Below, piece after piece: positions 46,090 to 63,289 of a stretch of DNA of 64,000 nucleotides (its first letter is position 1; each line of letters begins with the position of its first letter). Location of the stretch: the NCBI RefSeq assembly GCF_009914755.1, contig NC_060928.1. The stretch is one strand, 5' to 3'. The DNA is from the human T2T-CHM13v2.0 reference genome, Homo sapiens. Under the pieces are notes generated by a model. It was not told the origin of the DNA and did no database searches. It saw nothing but the letters and a program-made list of their open reading frames with translations. The translations under genes and the position numbers were made by a program.

Positions 46090-46149
46090 ACTTCTATGTG
46101 AACTCATCTGGTAAGCACAACTTCTATGTGAACTCATCTGGTAAGCACA
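46090..46149. repeat. Perfect 30-bp tandem duplication
   Basis: acttctatgtgaactcatctggtaagcaca twice. Confidence 0.95.
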
Positions 46150-49100
46150 TCTTTATATTGTCCCCTAGGAAACATCCAGATGTCAGAGCACATGACACCA
46201 CCTGGCCCTACCAGAGGTAACCAGGTAGGCAGGCCTGCCACAGCCTCTAGCATGGTGCTCCTGGTTCTGCATGAACTCAGCTGATGAATGCAGCCTCCTG
46301 TTGTCCCAGGAAACACCCAGAGTGCAGGGCTCATGACCCCACCCTCCCCCACCATTAATAGCCAAGCAGGCAACACTTGCTAGAATTTCCAGCCTAGCAA
46401 CCCTGATTCTGTGTAAACTCAGCTAGAAGGCACAGTTTCCTGTGTCTCAGGAAAGGCCTAGACAGCAAGGCAGGCATCCCCACCCATCCCTATTTCTGGT
46501 AGCCAGGAAAGCCATGCCTGCTAGAGCTTCCAGCCCAGTGGTCCTACTTCTACCTACTTCTGTCTGAGGGCAGGCACAACCTTGTATTTCCCCAGGAGGC
46601 ATACATATAGCAGATTAGGGCTGACCTCACAAGGATATAGCTTGTTCGCTAACTCAGGCCCCTGCCTGTGAGAACTCACGAAGCAGAACACCCCACATAA
46701 GAAATGTGGGCATGGAGAGTTAGTGGAGGAGGTTCCTCCAAGACCAGGAATGAACTAGAATTGAAGTGAGTAAACCAAACACACCATATACCATAATTAA
46801 CCCCTCAAGGGTATTAAAAAAGAAAAAAGCAAAAAAAAAAAAAAAAAAAAAATCCCCACAAGGACAGTAACTTCAAGGCTGAACAAACATCAGCCCACAC
46901 AAATGAGAAAAAACCCAGCACAACAACTCTGGCAACTCAAAAAGCCAGAGTGTTTTTTTACCTCCAAATGATTGCACTCGTTCACCAGCAATGGTTCTTA
47001 ACCAAGCTGAAATGGCTAAAATGTCAGAAATAGAATTCAGAATAAGAACAGGAATGAAAATCATCAACTTACAGGAGATAGTTGAAACCCAAACCAAGAA
47101 ATCTAAGGATTACAATAAAACAATACAGGAGTTGAAAAATCAAATGGTCATTATAAGAAAGTACTAAACAGTTCTGAAAGAGCTGAAAAATACACTAGAA
47201 AAATTTTATAAAACAGTCTCAAGTATTAACAGCAGTATCAACTGAGTTGAGAAAAGAATTTCAGAGCTTGAAAACTGATCCTTTGAAATAACTCAGAAAG
47301 ACAAAAATGAAGAAAAAACAATAAAGACTGAATAAAACATCTGAGGAAAAAAATGGGATTATGTAAAAACACCAAATTTATGACTCACTGGCATCCCTGA
47401 GAGAGAGGAAGAGAACTAAGCAACTTAAAACACATATTTCAGGATACTGTCCATGAAAATTTTCCCAACCTCACCAGAGAGGCCAACATTCAAATATTGA
47501 GGAAATACAGAGAATCCCTCAAAATACTAAATAAGAAGACAATCCTCAAGTCACATAGTCATTAGATTTTCAAAGGTCAAAATGAAAGAAAAAATGTTAA
47601 AGAGCACTAGAAAGAAGGGGCAGGTCACATACAAAGGAAATCCCATCGGGCAAACAGCAGACCTGTCAACAGAAACTCTATGAGCCAGATAAAACTGGGG
47701 GCCAATATTCAGCATTCTTAAAAGAAAAAAAAATTTCAACCAAGAATTTCATATCCAGCCAAGTAAAGAAGAAATAAGATCCTTTTCAGATAAGTAAATG
47801 CTAAGGGAATTCATTGCCAGCAGATCTGCCTTACAAGAGATCCTGAAGGGAGTGCTAAATATGGAAAAGAAAGACCTTTACTGCCCACTACAAAAACACA
47901 CTTAAGTACATAGACCAGTGACACTGTAAAACAGCCACACAAAGAAGTCTGCATAATATCCAGCTAACAACATGATGACAGAATCAAATTCACACATATC
48001 AATGGTAACTTTGAATGTAAATGAGCTAAATGCCACAATTGAAAGGCAAAGAGTGGCAAGCTGGATAAAAATGGGAAACCAAACAGCATGTTGCCTTCAG
48101 TAGCACCATCTCACATGCAATGACACCTATAGGCTCAAAGTAAAGGGATAGAAAAAAATCTAGCAAGTGAATGCAAAACATAAAGAGGCAGGGGCTGCTA
48201 TTCTAATTGGTTTAAAGATACTTTAAATCAACAAAAATCAAAAAAGGCAAAAAAAAATGCATTACCTAATGGTAAAGGCCTTGATTCAACAAGAGGACTT
48301 AACTATCCTGCACATATACACACCTAACACAGGAGCACCCAGATTCATAACACAAGTTACGAAGACCTATTAAGATACTTAGATAACCACACAATAACTG
48401 TGGGATACTTTAACACATTATTGACAGGATTAGACAGTATTAGACAGATCATCAAGGCAGAAAACTAACAAAGGTATTTGTGACCTGAACTCCACACCAG
48501 ACAAAATGGTTCTAATACACATCAACAGGACTCTTCATCCAAAAACAGAATATACACTATTATCATTGCCACATGGCACATACTGTAAAATTGTCCACAG
48601 AATTGGGCATAAAACAATCCTCAGCAAATTCATAAAAAACAAAATCATACCAACCAGGATCTCATACCACAGTGCAATAAAATAGAAATCAATGCTAAGA
48701 AAATCACTCAATACAATAATATGGAAACTTAAAAACTTGGCTTTTGAATGACTTTTGGGTAAATAATGAAATAAAGGCAGAATTCAAAGAATTATTTGAA
48801 ATTAATCAGAAAAAAAAATACAACACACCAGAATCTCTAGTACAAAGCCAAAGTAGTTTTAAGAGGGAAGTTTATAGCACTAAACACCAACATTAAAAAG
48901 TTAGACAGATCTCAAATTGACAACCTAATATCACAATTAGAGAAACAAGAGCAAACCAACTCCAAGACTAGCAGAAGACAAGAAATAACCAAAGTTAGAG
49001 CTGACCAGAGGAAACTGAGATGCAAAAAATCATACAAGAGATCAGTGAATCTAGGAGCTGATTCTTTCAAAATATTAATGATAGATAGACCTCTAGCTAG

Positions 49101-50400
49101 ACTAATAAAGGAGAAAAAGAGAGATGATCCAAATAAATACAAGCAGAAAAGACAAAGAGGATGTACAGTTGACCTTACAGAAACACAAAAAAACCCTCAG
49201 AGATTATTATAAAAACCTCTGTGTACACAAGCTAGAAAATTTAGAGAAAATGGATAAATTCCTGGAAACATACAGCCTCCCAAGTTTGAACCGGTAAGAT
49301 ATTGAATCCTTGAACAGATCAATAATAAGTTCCAGAATAGGATCAGTAATAAAATGCCTACCAACCAGAAAAAGTTCAGGGCCAGAATAATCCATAACCC
49401 ACTTCTACGAGATAAATAAAGGAGAGGTGGTAACATTCCTACTGAAACTATTCCAAAAAATTGAGGAGGTGAGAATCCTCCCTAACTCTACGAGGTCAGC
49501 ATCATTCTGATACAAAACTTGGCAGAGACATAACAAAATAACAGAAGTTCAATATTCCTCATGAACATAAGTGCAAAAATCCTCAATAAAACACAAGCAA
49601 ACCAAATTTAGTAGCAATTCAAAAAGTTAATCCACAAGGATCAGTTAGGCTTTATCCCAGTGATGCAAAGTTGGTTCAACATATGCAAATCAATAAATGT
49701 ACTTCACCACATAAACAGAACTAAAAGCAAAAACCACATAACCATCTCAACAGATGTAGAAAAGGCTTTCAATAAAATTTAATATCCCTTTATGTTAAAT
49801 ACCCCCAACAGACTAGGCATTAAAGGGACATACCTCAAAACAGTAAGAGCCATCTATGATAAACCCATTGCTAACATCATACTGAATGGCAAAAGCTGGA
49901 TGCATTCCCCTTGAAAACTGGAACAAAACAAGGTTGCCCTTTCTCACCACTCCTACTCAACATAGTGCTAGATATCTTAGCCAAAGTAATCAGGCAAGAC
50001 TAAGAAACAAAAGGCATCCAAATAGGAAGAGAAAAAGACAAACTATCCCTGTAATTCATACAATATGTTTCTATACCTAGAAAACACCATAGTCTCTGCC
50101 CCAAAGCTCCTAGATATGATAAACTACTTCAGCAAAGTTTCAGGATACAAAATCAATATATAAAAATCAGTAGCATTCATATACAACAGAAACATCCAAG
50201 CTGAGAGCCAAATCAGGAACAAAATTCCATTCACAATTGCCACAAAAAGAATAAAATACCTAGGAATACAGCTAACCGGCAAGGTAAAATATCTCTACAA
50301 CGAGAATTACAAGATGCTACTTAAATAAAACACAGATAACACAAACAAATGGAAAAACATTCCATGCTCATAGATAGGAAGTATCAATATTGTTAAAATG

Positions 50401-50581
50401 CCCAAAGCAATTGACATATTCAATGCTATACACATCAAACTACTAAAGACATTCTTCACAGAAGTAAAAAAAAAAAACAAAAATTAAAAAACTCCCAAAG
50501 CAATTTGCATATTCTGTGCTATACATATCAAACTACCAAAGACATTCTTCATAGAACTAAAAAAACAAAAACAAAAAAACT
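50401..50581. repeat. ~93-bp diverged tandem duplication in L1 ORF2
   Basis: cccaaagcaatt...catattc...atcaaactac.aaagacattcttca.agaa twice, starting at 50401 and 50494. Confidence 0.9.
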
Positions 50582-52169
50582 ATCTAAAAATTCACATTAA
50601 ACTATAAAAGAGCCTTAATAAAAGCCTAAGTAAAAAGAAAAAAGCTGAAAGCATCACATTGCCCAACTTCAAACTATACTACAAGGCTATAGTAACCAAA
50701 ACAGCATGACACTGGTACAAAAACAGACACATAGACCAGTGGAACATAATAGAGAGCCCAGAAATAATACCACACACTTACAACCATCTGATCTTCAACA
50801 AAATTAAGCAAGAGGGAAGGGACTCTATTATATAAATGGTGCTGGGATAACTGTCTAGTCATATGCAGAAGATTGAAACTGGACCCTTTCCTTACGTCAT
50901 ATACAAAAATCAACTCAAGATGGATTAAGGACTTATATGTAAAGCCCAAAACTATAAAAACCCTGGAAAATAACCTAGGAAGTACCATTCTGGACATAGG
51001 ACCTAGCAAAAATTTCATTATCAACACACCAAAAGCAATTGCAACAAAAACAAAAATTGACAAATGGGATGTAATTAAACTAAAGAGTTTTTGCACAGGA
51101 AAAGAAACTATCAACAGAATAACAGACAAGACAACCCACAGAATAGGAGAAAATATTTGCAAACTACTAATCCAACAGAGGTCTAATATCCAGAATCTAT
51201 AAATAATGTAAACAAATTTACAAGCAAAAACTAAACAACCCCATTAAAAGATGGGCAAAGGACATAAAGAGACACTGTTCAAAAAAAGACATACACATGG
51301 CCAACAAGCATATAGGAAAATGCTCAACATCACTAATCTTTAGGGAAATTCAAATCAAAACCACAATGAGAAAGCATCTTATACCAGTGAAAATGAGTAT
51401 TATTAAAAAGTCACAAAATAACAGATGTTTGTGAGGCTGTGGAGAAAAGGGAACACTTATGCACTGCTTGTGGGAATGTAAATTAGTTCAGCTATGTGGA
51501 AAGCAGTATGGGAATTTCTCAAAGAACCTAAAACAGAATTACCATTCAACCCAGCAATCCCATTATTGGGTATATACCCAAATGAATATAAATTATTCTA
51601 ACACAAAGACAATAGCATGCAAATGTTCACTGCAGCACTATTCATGATAGCAAAGACATGGAATCCACCCAAATGCTCATCAATGGTAGAGTGGATAAAA
51701 GAAAATATGGTACCTATACACAATGGAATACTATGCAGCCATAAAAAAGAATGAGATCATGTCCTCTGTTGCAACATAGATGGAGCTGGAGGCCATTATC
51801 CTAAGTGAAGTAAAGCATAAACAGAAAACCGGATATCGTACGTTCTCACTTATAAGTGGGAAATAAACTTTGAGTACATATGGACACAAAGAAGGGAACA
51901 ACAGACACGGGGGCCTACTTGAAGGTGGAGGGTGGGAGGAGGAAGAGGGTAAAAAAAAAAACTACCAATAAGGTACCATGCTTATTACCTGGGTGACAAA
52001 ATAATCTGAACACCAAACCCCTGAGACACAAAATTTACCTATATATGTACCTATACATGCACACCTGGAAGTTACCTGCAAATGTACACCAAAACTTAAA
52101 ATAAAAGTTAGAAGTAAATGTGTTTCCATATATTTGTTAAAAACAGGAATTAGTATTAAGTGTTTTATA

Positions 52170-52868
52170 GAAACTTAGAAATATCATGCATCTAAGAATA
52201 AAACTAATAAAGATATGCAAGAATTCTACACAAAATCTATAAAATATTGTTGAAAAAGAAGAAGACCAATAAATTGATATTTATTTTCATTGATTAGAAG
52301 GCTATATTTTAAGGATTTTAATTCTCCTTAAATGTATCAAAAAAAGCCATGATTGCAATAAAATCCCTAAAAGATTGTGTGTGTGCGTGTGTGTGTGTGT
52401 GTGTAGAACTTAACAAGTTGATTGAGTGCGATTGTAGAACTTAACAAGTTGATTTCATCATATCTATGGATATTCATAGGGCCAAGAATAATCAAGACAA
52501 TCTTAAGTAAGAAGAAAAAGATGGAAGATTCCCACTCTCTGAAATGAAGACATCTTATCAAGTAATAAAGAGTGTATGACACTGGCAGAGGATAGACTGG
52601 TTAACCAGACTAATGGAACAGAAACCAGAGACTGACCCAAACATAGAACAAATAGGGGGATCTGATTTATGGCACTATATCATTTTGGGATACTGCAGGA
52701 AAAGGCTAAACTTTTCAATAAACAGTACTGAATCTGCTGAATGTCTAAATAGAAAAAGTAAGACACACCACTCTGACATTTCATCATAACAAAAAAAATT
52801 CCAAGTGGATTGTATATCTAAATGTAAAATATGATTTTAGAGATCACAGAAAGACAAGCAACAGACTG
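52170..52868 (+). mobile_element. Old L1ME-type ORF2 fragments containing a (TG)n tract (~52375-52404)
   Basis: Degenerate ORF2 3' region (taatcaagacaatcttaagtaagaag; cttttcaataaacagtactg). Confidence 0.6.
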
Positions 52869-52869
52869 G

Positions 52870-56063
<3,194 letters not shown>

Positions 56064-58830
56064 ACTCTGTTTTCAGGCACATACACAGTAAGAATCAATA
56101 TGTATTTTTGGAGAATTGACTCCTTTATTATTATGTAATGCCCTTCTTTTTTCCCTGATAAATTACTTTGAAGTCTGCTTTGTCTGATGTTAATGTAGAT
56201 ACTCCCTCTTTCTTTTTATTAGTGCTAGCAGATTTCTTCTCTTTACTTGCTTCATTCCTTTACTTTTAATTTACTGTGACTTTATATTCGAAGTGAGTTT
56301 CTTGTATACAAGATATATTGTTTTTTGATATAATCTGATTTCTGTCATTTAATTGGTGTCTGTAGACTACTGATGATTAAAGTAATTTTTATTTAGTTGC
56401 ATTAATATAGATGATGTTTTTATTTTTTATTTAGTGCTTATGATTTCCCTCCTTTTTTATGTCTTCCAGACTTTTTCTAACTTTTATAATTTTAACCAAG
56501 CATTTTACATAGTTCTATTTTCTCTCTTTCTTAGCATATCCATTATACTTCTTTAATTTTTCATGTGTGTGTGTGCAGGGGTGTTTGTGTGTGTGTGTGG
56601 TTGCTCTAGAGATTACTATATACTTTCCAACTAATCCATGTCCACTAATTAAAAAAACAACAACAACACTACCACTTCTGGTGTAATACAAGGGCAAGTG
56701 TATGCCCATGAAGTGGGTAATATCCATAATGCCCAGTTCATGATCATACATAATCAGATGCATTGTTTTTATAATTACTTTGGATGAACTTTTATTTGGT
56801 AGATCAATTAAAGGGAAGATAAATCATATTTTTATTTTACCTTCAATTATTTCTTCACCATGCTCTCCCATTCTTTATGTAGATGTTAATTATTGACTTA
56901 TAACATTTCCCTTCTCTCTGCAGAACTTCTAACATCTCTTGCAAGGAAGGTGTACTGGCAACAAATTCTCTCAATTTTTTTTGGTTTGAGGAAGTTTTCA
57001 TTTCTCCTTCACTTTTGAAGAATAATCTTGCAGAATACAAATTCTAGGATGGAGAAGTTGTTGTTTGTTGGTTTTGTTTTGTTTTCTCTCAACACTTTAA
57101 ATCTTCACTCTACTTCTTGCTTGCTTGGTTACTAAGAACTCAGTTACTCATCTATAGATAAGGTGTCTTTTTCTTCTGACTTTTTTCAAAACTTTATATT
57201 TGTCTTTATTTTTCTGCAGTTTGAATATGATACTTCCAGGCATAGTTTTGTATTGCTTTTAATTATCCTGCTCAGTGCTCTCGGAGCTTCCAGAATCTGT
57301 TGTCTGATGTTAATTTTGAAAAATTCTTGTCATTATTGTTTCAGGTATTTCTTTTGTTTCATTCTCTCTTTCTTCTTCATTTAATATTTTCATTATTCGT
57401 ATGTTACACCTTCTGTAGTCCCATAGTTCTTGGATAATTTTATTTTGGTTTTTTCTTCACCGTGTTTTTCATTTTGTAAGTTTTGTTAACAGATTCTCAA
57501 GCTTAGGGATTTTCTCCTCAGCCTTATCCAATCTACTAATAATGAGGCCATCAAAGGCATTCTTCATTTCTGTTACAGTGTTTTCGATCTCTTGAATTTC
57601 TTTTTGATGATTTCTTAGAATTCTCATTTCTCTGCATACATTGTCCATCTATTCTTGCATATTGTCTACTTTTTCCATTAGAGCCCTTAACATATTCACT
57701 AAAGTTTTTTAAATTCATGATTTGATAATACCAACATTGTTGTCATAGTTGAGTCTGGTTGTGATGCTTGCTGTATCTCTTCAAATTGCATTTTGCCATT
57801 TAGTATATTTCACAGCTTTGTTGACAAGCAGGTATATATCTTTTTTGTTGACAGGCAGATGTGTGTACACACACATACACACATATACATGGTATATATG
57901 GTATATATGTATACATACATATATACATGGTATACATACATGTACATACATATATACATGGTATAAATGGTGTATATGTGTGTATATATATACAGTTTCT
58001 TTTACCATGTGTATATACATTCACATATATAATGTGTGTGTGTGTGTATTCTTTTTACACACACATGGTAAAAAGAACTGTGGTACCTAGGCCTTTAGTA
58101 ATGTAAGTGGTAAGATGTGGGTGGAAGGGAAGCATCCTGTAGTCTTATGATTAGATTTCTGTCTTTTAGTGAGTCTGTGCTCTTGCACTATGAACTTCAT
58201 AAATGCTTTCATTTTTCTTTTTGTTGGTTTTGTTTTCATTTTTCAAACCCTTCCTTCGTATGGAATAACTAGAGTTGACTGGAATTGTGTATTTACTTTC
58301 CCCTGATTTGGTCAAGGTCTAACAAAACCCCCTAGGTTAGGCTCTGGGAAAATAGTTTCTCTTGAGGGTAGGCCTTATTAAGTATAACAAAATACTGTCT
58401 TCCCCTTACCTGGTAAGAACCATAAAATAATTTTACTCTGTTTTTCACTGTGAGAAACTGGGACTGCTCCTGGGAAAGCTCCGGAAAGTAAAACTCACAA
58501 AAGTGTGGGAACCCCCAAGGACTTTGTCTGCCTGCAGTTTTGATCTCTCAGGCTTATCTGCATTAAGCCATCAGCAATACAGTTACAGTTTATATTTTCC
58601 TACTTGAGTACTGGTTACCATACAGGTTTCTGCTTGTGAGCCTCTGTTCTGCTAAACTGTGATTCTCTTTATCTGTCTATCTGCCTCTCTAATTTTGGAT
58701 ATAGTGGTTTGTCCTGACACATACTTCTCTGACATATCTAAGAGTTGTTGATTTTTCAGTCTGTTAAATTTTTTAGTTGTTGTTAGAATAATGTGGTAAC
58801 TCTGAAGCAACTTACAGATTGAATTAGAAT
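56064..58830 (-). mobile_element. Old L1MC/MD-type, antisense (start of ORF2, ORF1 and 5' region)
   Basis: ttggagaattgactcctttattattatg; minus-strand ORF 56855-57040 resembles the ORF1 C-terminus (LFFKSEGEMKT...LREFVASTPSLQEML). Confidence 0.75.
57860..58066. repeat. Degenerate (CATATA)/(TG)n simple-repeat insertion
   Basis: Direct reading; mostly alternating purine-pyrimidine sequence. Confidence 0.85.
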
Positions 58831-59735
58831 CTCTCATGTTTTTAACAGACTTGTATAGGTACCCTTCAGTTCTTGTGTGGTTTGGGGCTTTCTTTTTTCT
58901 AATTCTTTAATTTTTATTCTTAATTTTCTTCTACTTTATTCTAATTCCTGTCCTTTCCCCAATTTCTGGAGATGAACACTTAGCTCATTTCTTCAACATT
59001 TTCTTTTCTAATATATACATTTTAAGACTACAAATAAATCATAAAGCATGACTATAATACTTCTCATAAGTTTGGATAGTTTATATAATCATTGTACAAT
59101 ACTCAATTCATATATATATACATATGAATATCTGGAGACAGAGTCTCGCTCTGTCACCCAGGCTGGAGAGGTGTGGTGAAATCTCGGCTCACTGCAACCT
59201 TTGCCTTCCAGGTTCAAGCCATTATCTTGCCTCAGCCTCCCCAGTAGCTGCAGTTACAGGTGCACCTCACCACGCCTAGCTGATTTTTATATTTTTAGTA
59301 GAGATGGGGCTTCTCCACATTGGCCAGGCTGGTCTCTAACTCCTGACCTCAGGTAATCTGCCCACCTCGGCCTCCCAATGTGCTGGGATTACAGGCGTGA
59401 GGCTCTGCACTCAGCCTCAATTCAAAATATTTTAAATGTCCACTGTGCTTTCAGTGTATCTCTTGATTTCTGAATCTGTAAGGATTTTCTAGTTATATAT
59501 TCTTCTTGATCCCTAGTTGAATTGCATAATTGTCAGTAGAAATATTCAGTATGATATTCATCTCTTGAAATGTATTGTGGCTATGTTTATGGCTTATTAT
59601 TGGGTATATAGTTGAAAATACTCCACTTATACATAAAACTAACGTGTTCTGCAGTTGTTTTCTCTTGATTCTATATATACCAATTGGATCCATTTGTCCT
59701 ACTCTATATCTTAACTGATATTTTGCTTGCTTATT
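58830..59735 (-). mobile_element. Old L1ME-type, antisense
   Basis: T-rich antisense ORF2-like sequence on both sides of the Alu. Confidence 0.5.
59111..59416 (-). mobile_element. AluSx-like element with its tail converted to (TA)n
   Basis: Full dimer; TSD core tcaattca (59103-59110 / 59417-59424). Confidence 0.9.
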
Positions 59736-59744
59736 CTATGTGTT

Positions 59745-61018
59745 TCAACCAGACGGAAAATTAAAAAGGAAATACATGACTGGAACAACAGTATATACCA
59801 ACTACACCTAACACATATCTATAGAGTACTCCAGCCAATAACAGCAGAATGCACAGTTCTTCTCAAGTACACATGAAGCATTCCTCAGAATATGCCACAT
59901 GTTAGCTATAAAGTAAGTCTCAATAAATTTAAAAAAGGATTGAAATAATACAAAGTATGCTCACCAACCACAATGGAATGATATTATAAATTAATATCAG
60001 GAAATAATTTGGGAAATATACAAATATATAGAAGTTAAAAACAAACTCCTAAATCACCAATGAGTCAAAGAAGAAATCAAAAGGGAAATTAGAAAATACT
60101 TTGGTTTCAATGAAAACAAAACACATACCAAAGCAGTTTAAGATCAATGAAAACAAAAACACAACACACCAACATATTGGTTGACCCTAAAGCCGTGCTG
60201 AAGGGCATGTATAGCTGTGAATATTTATATTAAAAAAGAGGAAAATTTTCAAATCAATATCCTAACTTCTCATCTTAAGAAAATACACATAAAAAAGGAC
60301 ACTAACCCAAAGCAAGCAAAAATAAATAAATAAATAAATAAAAAGGGAATGGTAAAGATTACATCAGAAACAAACAAAATTAAGAATAGAAAAACAATAG
60401 AAAAAGTGAATGAAGCCAAAACTTGGTTTTTTGAGAAGATGAATAAAATTGATAATGACAATGAGAAACTGTCTTTGTCTATTAATATAACCGAGAGAAC
60501 TGAACACATTTATTCATATAAAATCCTGTACTTGAATGTTCATAGCAGTAGTATTCATTACAGCCAGAGTAGAAACATTCCAAATGTCCATCAAGTGATA
60601 TATGAATAAACAAAATGTGGTGTATTCACACAAATGAATATTATACAGTCATAAAGAGAAATTAAGTGCTGATACATGCTCCAACATGGATGAAACTTTA
60701 AAACATTAAGTGAAAGAAGGCAGAAACAGAAGATCATATATTATATAATACTACTTATACTATATATATGTACATATGAAAGGTCCAGAATATACAAATC
60801 CCTAGAGACACAGACTATATTATTGTTGCCAGAGGCTGTGGAGAGATGAGACTGGGAAGCGACTGCTCCTTGGCCTGAAGTTTTGTTGTGAGGTGATGGA
60901 AATGTCCCAAAATTAAATAGCGGTGATTTTGCACAATCTTGTGAGTACATTAAAAACCAGTAAATTTATACTTGAAAATAAATTTATACTATCTGAATTA
61001 TATCTCAATCAAAAAGAA
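59745..61018 (+). mobile_element. L1MB/MD-type: ORF2 5' piece joined to a 3'UTR piece
   Basis: EN-region sequence (cagttcttctcaagtacacatgaagcattc) to ~60470, then a 3' end finishing tgaattatatctcaatcaaaaag. Confidence 0.7.
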
Positions 61019-61019
61019 A

Positions 61020-61505
61020 GACATCTATGATAATTTTTATAGTGGCATTACTTGTTATTGTTCTAACACAAAAGCAACCCAAATGTTTATTCATGGTGAA
61101 AGAATAAATAATTTGTCATACAGTCACACAACAGAAGAATATGATGATGACAATAAGTACACTACTACTAAACTCAGTAGTATGAAATGAATCTCACTAA
61201 AATACGCTGAGTAAAAGTATGTGACACAAGAGGATTCATGCTGTATGAATCAATTTGAATAAAGTTTAAGGTAATCAAGATTAATCTTTAGAATCTGAAG
61301 TCAAGATAGAGTTTATATTTGAATAAGTGAGATAGACAAGTGCTTGGGAGAGAGTTGGAGGGGTACAGGTAATGTTCTATTTCTTGACTTGAGTGGTAGT
61401 TACAAAAAATACATACTTTAATCATTCATTAAGTTATATGCTTAAAATTTCTGCAATTTTCTATTGTGGATATTACCTCTTTAACATAAGTTCTAAATAA
61501 TAAAA
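61020..61505 (+). mobile_element. L1ME-type 3'UTR
   Basis: ggtaatgttctatttcttgacttgagtggtagttaca...tcattaagttatatgcttaaaattt. Confidence 0.6.
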
Positions 61506-62879
61506 AATTACCTAAATGAATGTCCCTCATCAATATGTTGATTTGCCCAACTTTGTTTTTGCCTATAGTGTTCTAGTTTTGTGCTGCCGTAGTGTATGCA
61601 CTTTGTAAGCCAATACCCGATAAAAGATTCAGTAAGAAGCAGTGATTTTCTACTGAATATTCCTCCCTATCCCCTACTTCATCTTTTTAAAGAGTTGAAA
61701 CTTACTTTACTTTTTTTTTTATTATGCAACAGAGCTTCTTTCAAATGGTCCTTCTAGAATAAGATCAGATATCCCACAAATAAATATACCCATCCTATAT
61801 CCTAAAATACAAAAAAGCAGAAATGTGAAGAATGAGCTATTACTTAAAATAATATATTTTTTAAAAATATAAATATTTGAAGGTGATCCTCCCCAGCTTT
61901 TCCAAGAGACTTACTCTTTTTCTCCCTGTAACACCATATGTGATCTAATTTTGAAAAAAGGTATCAGTTTTTGTAGGTTAACATCCTATAGGGAGACTTT
62001 CCTGTCTCTTGAAAGAAAGAAAAGTATTTCCATTTTGAAAAGAAGATCATTTACATATTTCAATTTGGCTCCCAAATTCTATACTGTGTATATGAGCCCA
62101 AGTCCATGTTGGGCATCAATATTTAATCTAGTCTGGTTTGGATGGCTTCTGATATTAGCAAGTCCAGAAGCATAAGAATATCTAGATCTTGCCCAAACAC
62201 CTTGTCTCTCCACAAGGGTCCCTAGAGAGAGGTATAAAAGAAACATTAGAACATTAGACTGATAGAAAAAAAGGAGTTAGTTATATCCATATAAATATTC
62301 AATAAAATAAATTTTAGAGAATTAAAAAACATGGATAAAAACTGTGGCGTAGATCTTGAAACTTAAGAATGTTCTTCTATCACTTCCTGAACTTAATTTG
62401 GAATTTCATGCTTTTATAGTCACCTGTATAGTGAAAGATACCTGAAAGAGACAGAACTTTTCAGGCGATATATTGGCTTAGTAGTCCAGTCACATGTATT
62501 AAGAAAGAGAAAAGAGTAGGTAATTATGTGTAATAAGTTTGTCAACTGATAAATAAGGATTAATTAATGAGCCAGCTACTAATAAAAAAAGAAGAGTTAT
62601 GTTGCCTGCCTTGGGGGTGGAGGAGTTTTATTTTGCTCCTCTAATAAGTGCTATGCTAGTAAAGTAGAGAGGGAAATGGGAGTACTGAGAGTTCAAAAGA
62701 CTGTGCTTGAAAATAGATAAGCAAGAATCAGTCAGATTAAAATTAAGGGAGAGTATTCTAGGCACTGAGAATAGTTTATCTATAATAGCTCATGTATTGC
62801 AGATGCCGGGGTGGGAAGTTTCATTCTACAGCAATTCACACTTTTTCTGGCACTTGTATCTTGATTTTTCCTTGAAAAA

Positions 62880-63045
62880 CAACCTCTACCTTTCTCGGTC
62901 AAGGATATTTTTGCTTAACGTTTGAATATGTTACCTAACCCCAGCTAATCAGCAAATCTCATTACCTTGGTTACAATGATTGGTTAAGAAAAAGAACATC
63001 ACATAAACAGAACCAATAAAACTTACACTGAGAATTCTGAAACAA
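62880..63045. mobile_element. MLT1 (old MaLR) LTR fragment
   Basis: taatcagcaaatctcattaccttggttacaatgattggttaag resembles MLT1J/K. Confidence 0.4.
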
Positions 63046-63289
63046 AAACCTATTCCTGGCTACCTATACCTATAATATCTTTTTTCTAGGAGGTAATTAA
63101 ATGCTTTCACCATATATTTTTTCATAAACCAGTTGGAAGATTTGTTCCACCTGTACAGTACACAGCCTTCTATCTGTTAAAAGGTTAAAGCTTTTAGTGA
63201 GGCAGGAACTATCCTGACAGTTTTAAAAGAGTTGAAACAAGACCAATTAATTTCCAGTATATTGACAAAGGGAAATAGTAGCACAAGAA

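Larger units (their letters stand above)
45008..52110 (+). mobile_element. Full-length, inactivated L1PA15/16-type LINE-1
   Basis: 5' end gggtgaggccaagatggcagactagaagcagc, repeat-containing 5'UTR, ORF1 remnant at ~46990-47890, ORF2 from ~47972 (atgatgacagaatcaaattcacacatatc), 3' end aacttaaaataaaagtt. Confidence 0.9.

Noticed and set aside
45518-46600. Repeat-spacer-like periodicity suggestive of a CRISPR array
   Set aside because: The whole units are homologous, diverged L1 5'UTR monomers in primate DNA, with no unique spacers and no cas genes.
44990-52130. TSD for the full-length L1PA15/16
   Set aside because: I could not find a convincing direct repeat at the two ends, so none is claimed.
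57749-58106. Overlapping Y/I/H/C-rich ORFs (also 11762-11983 and 42978-43264)
   Set aside because: They are translations of TA/CA simple repeats.
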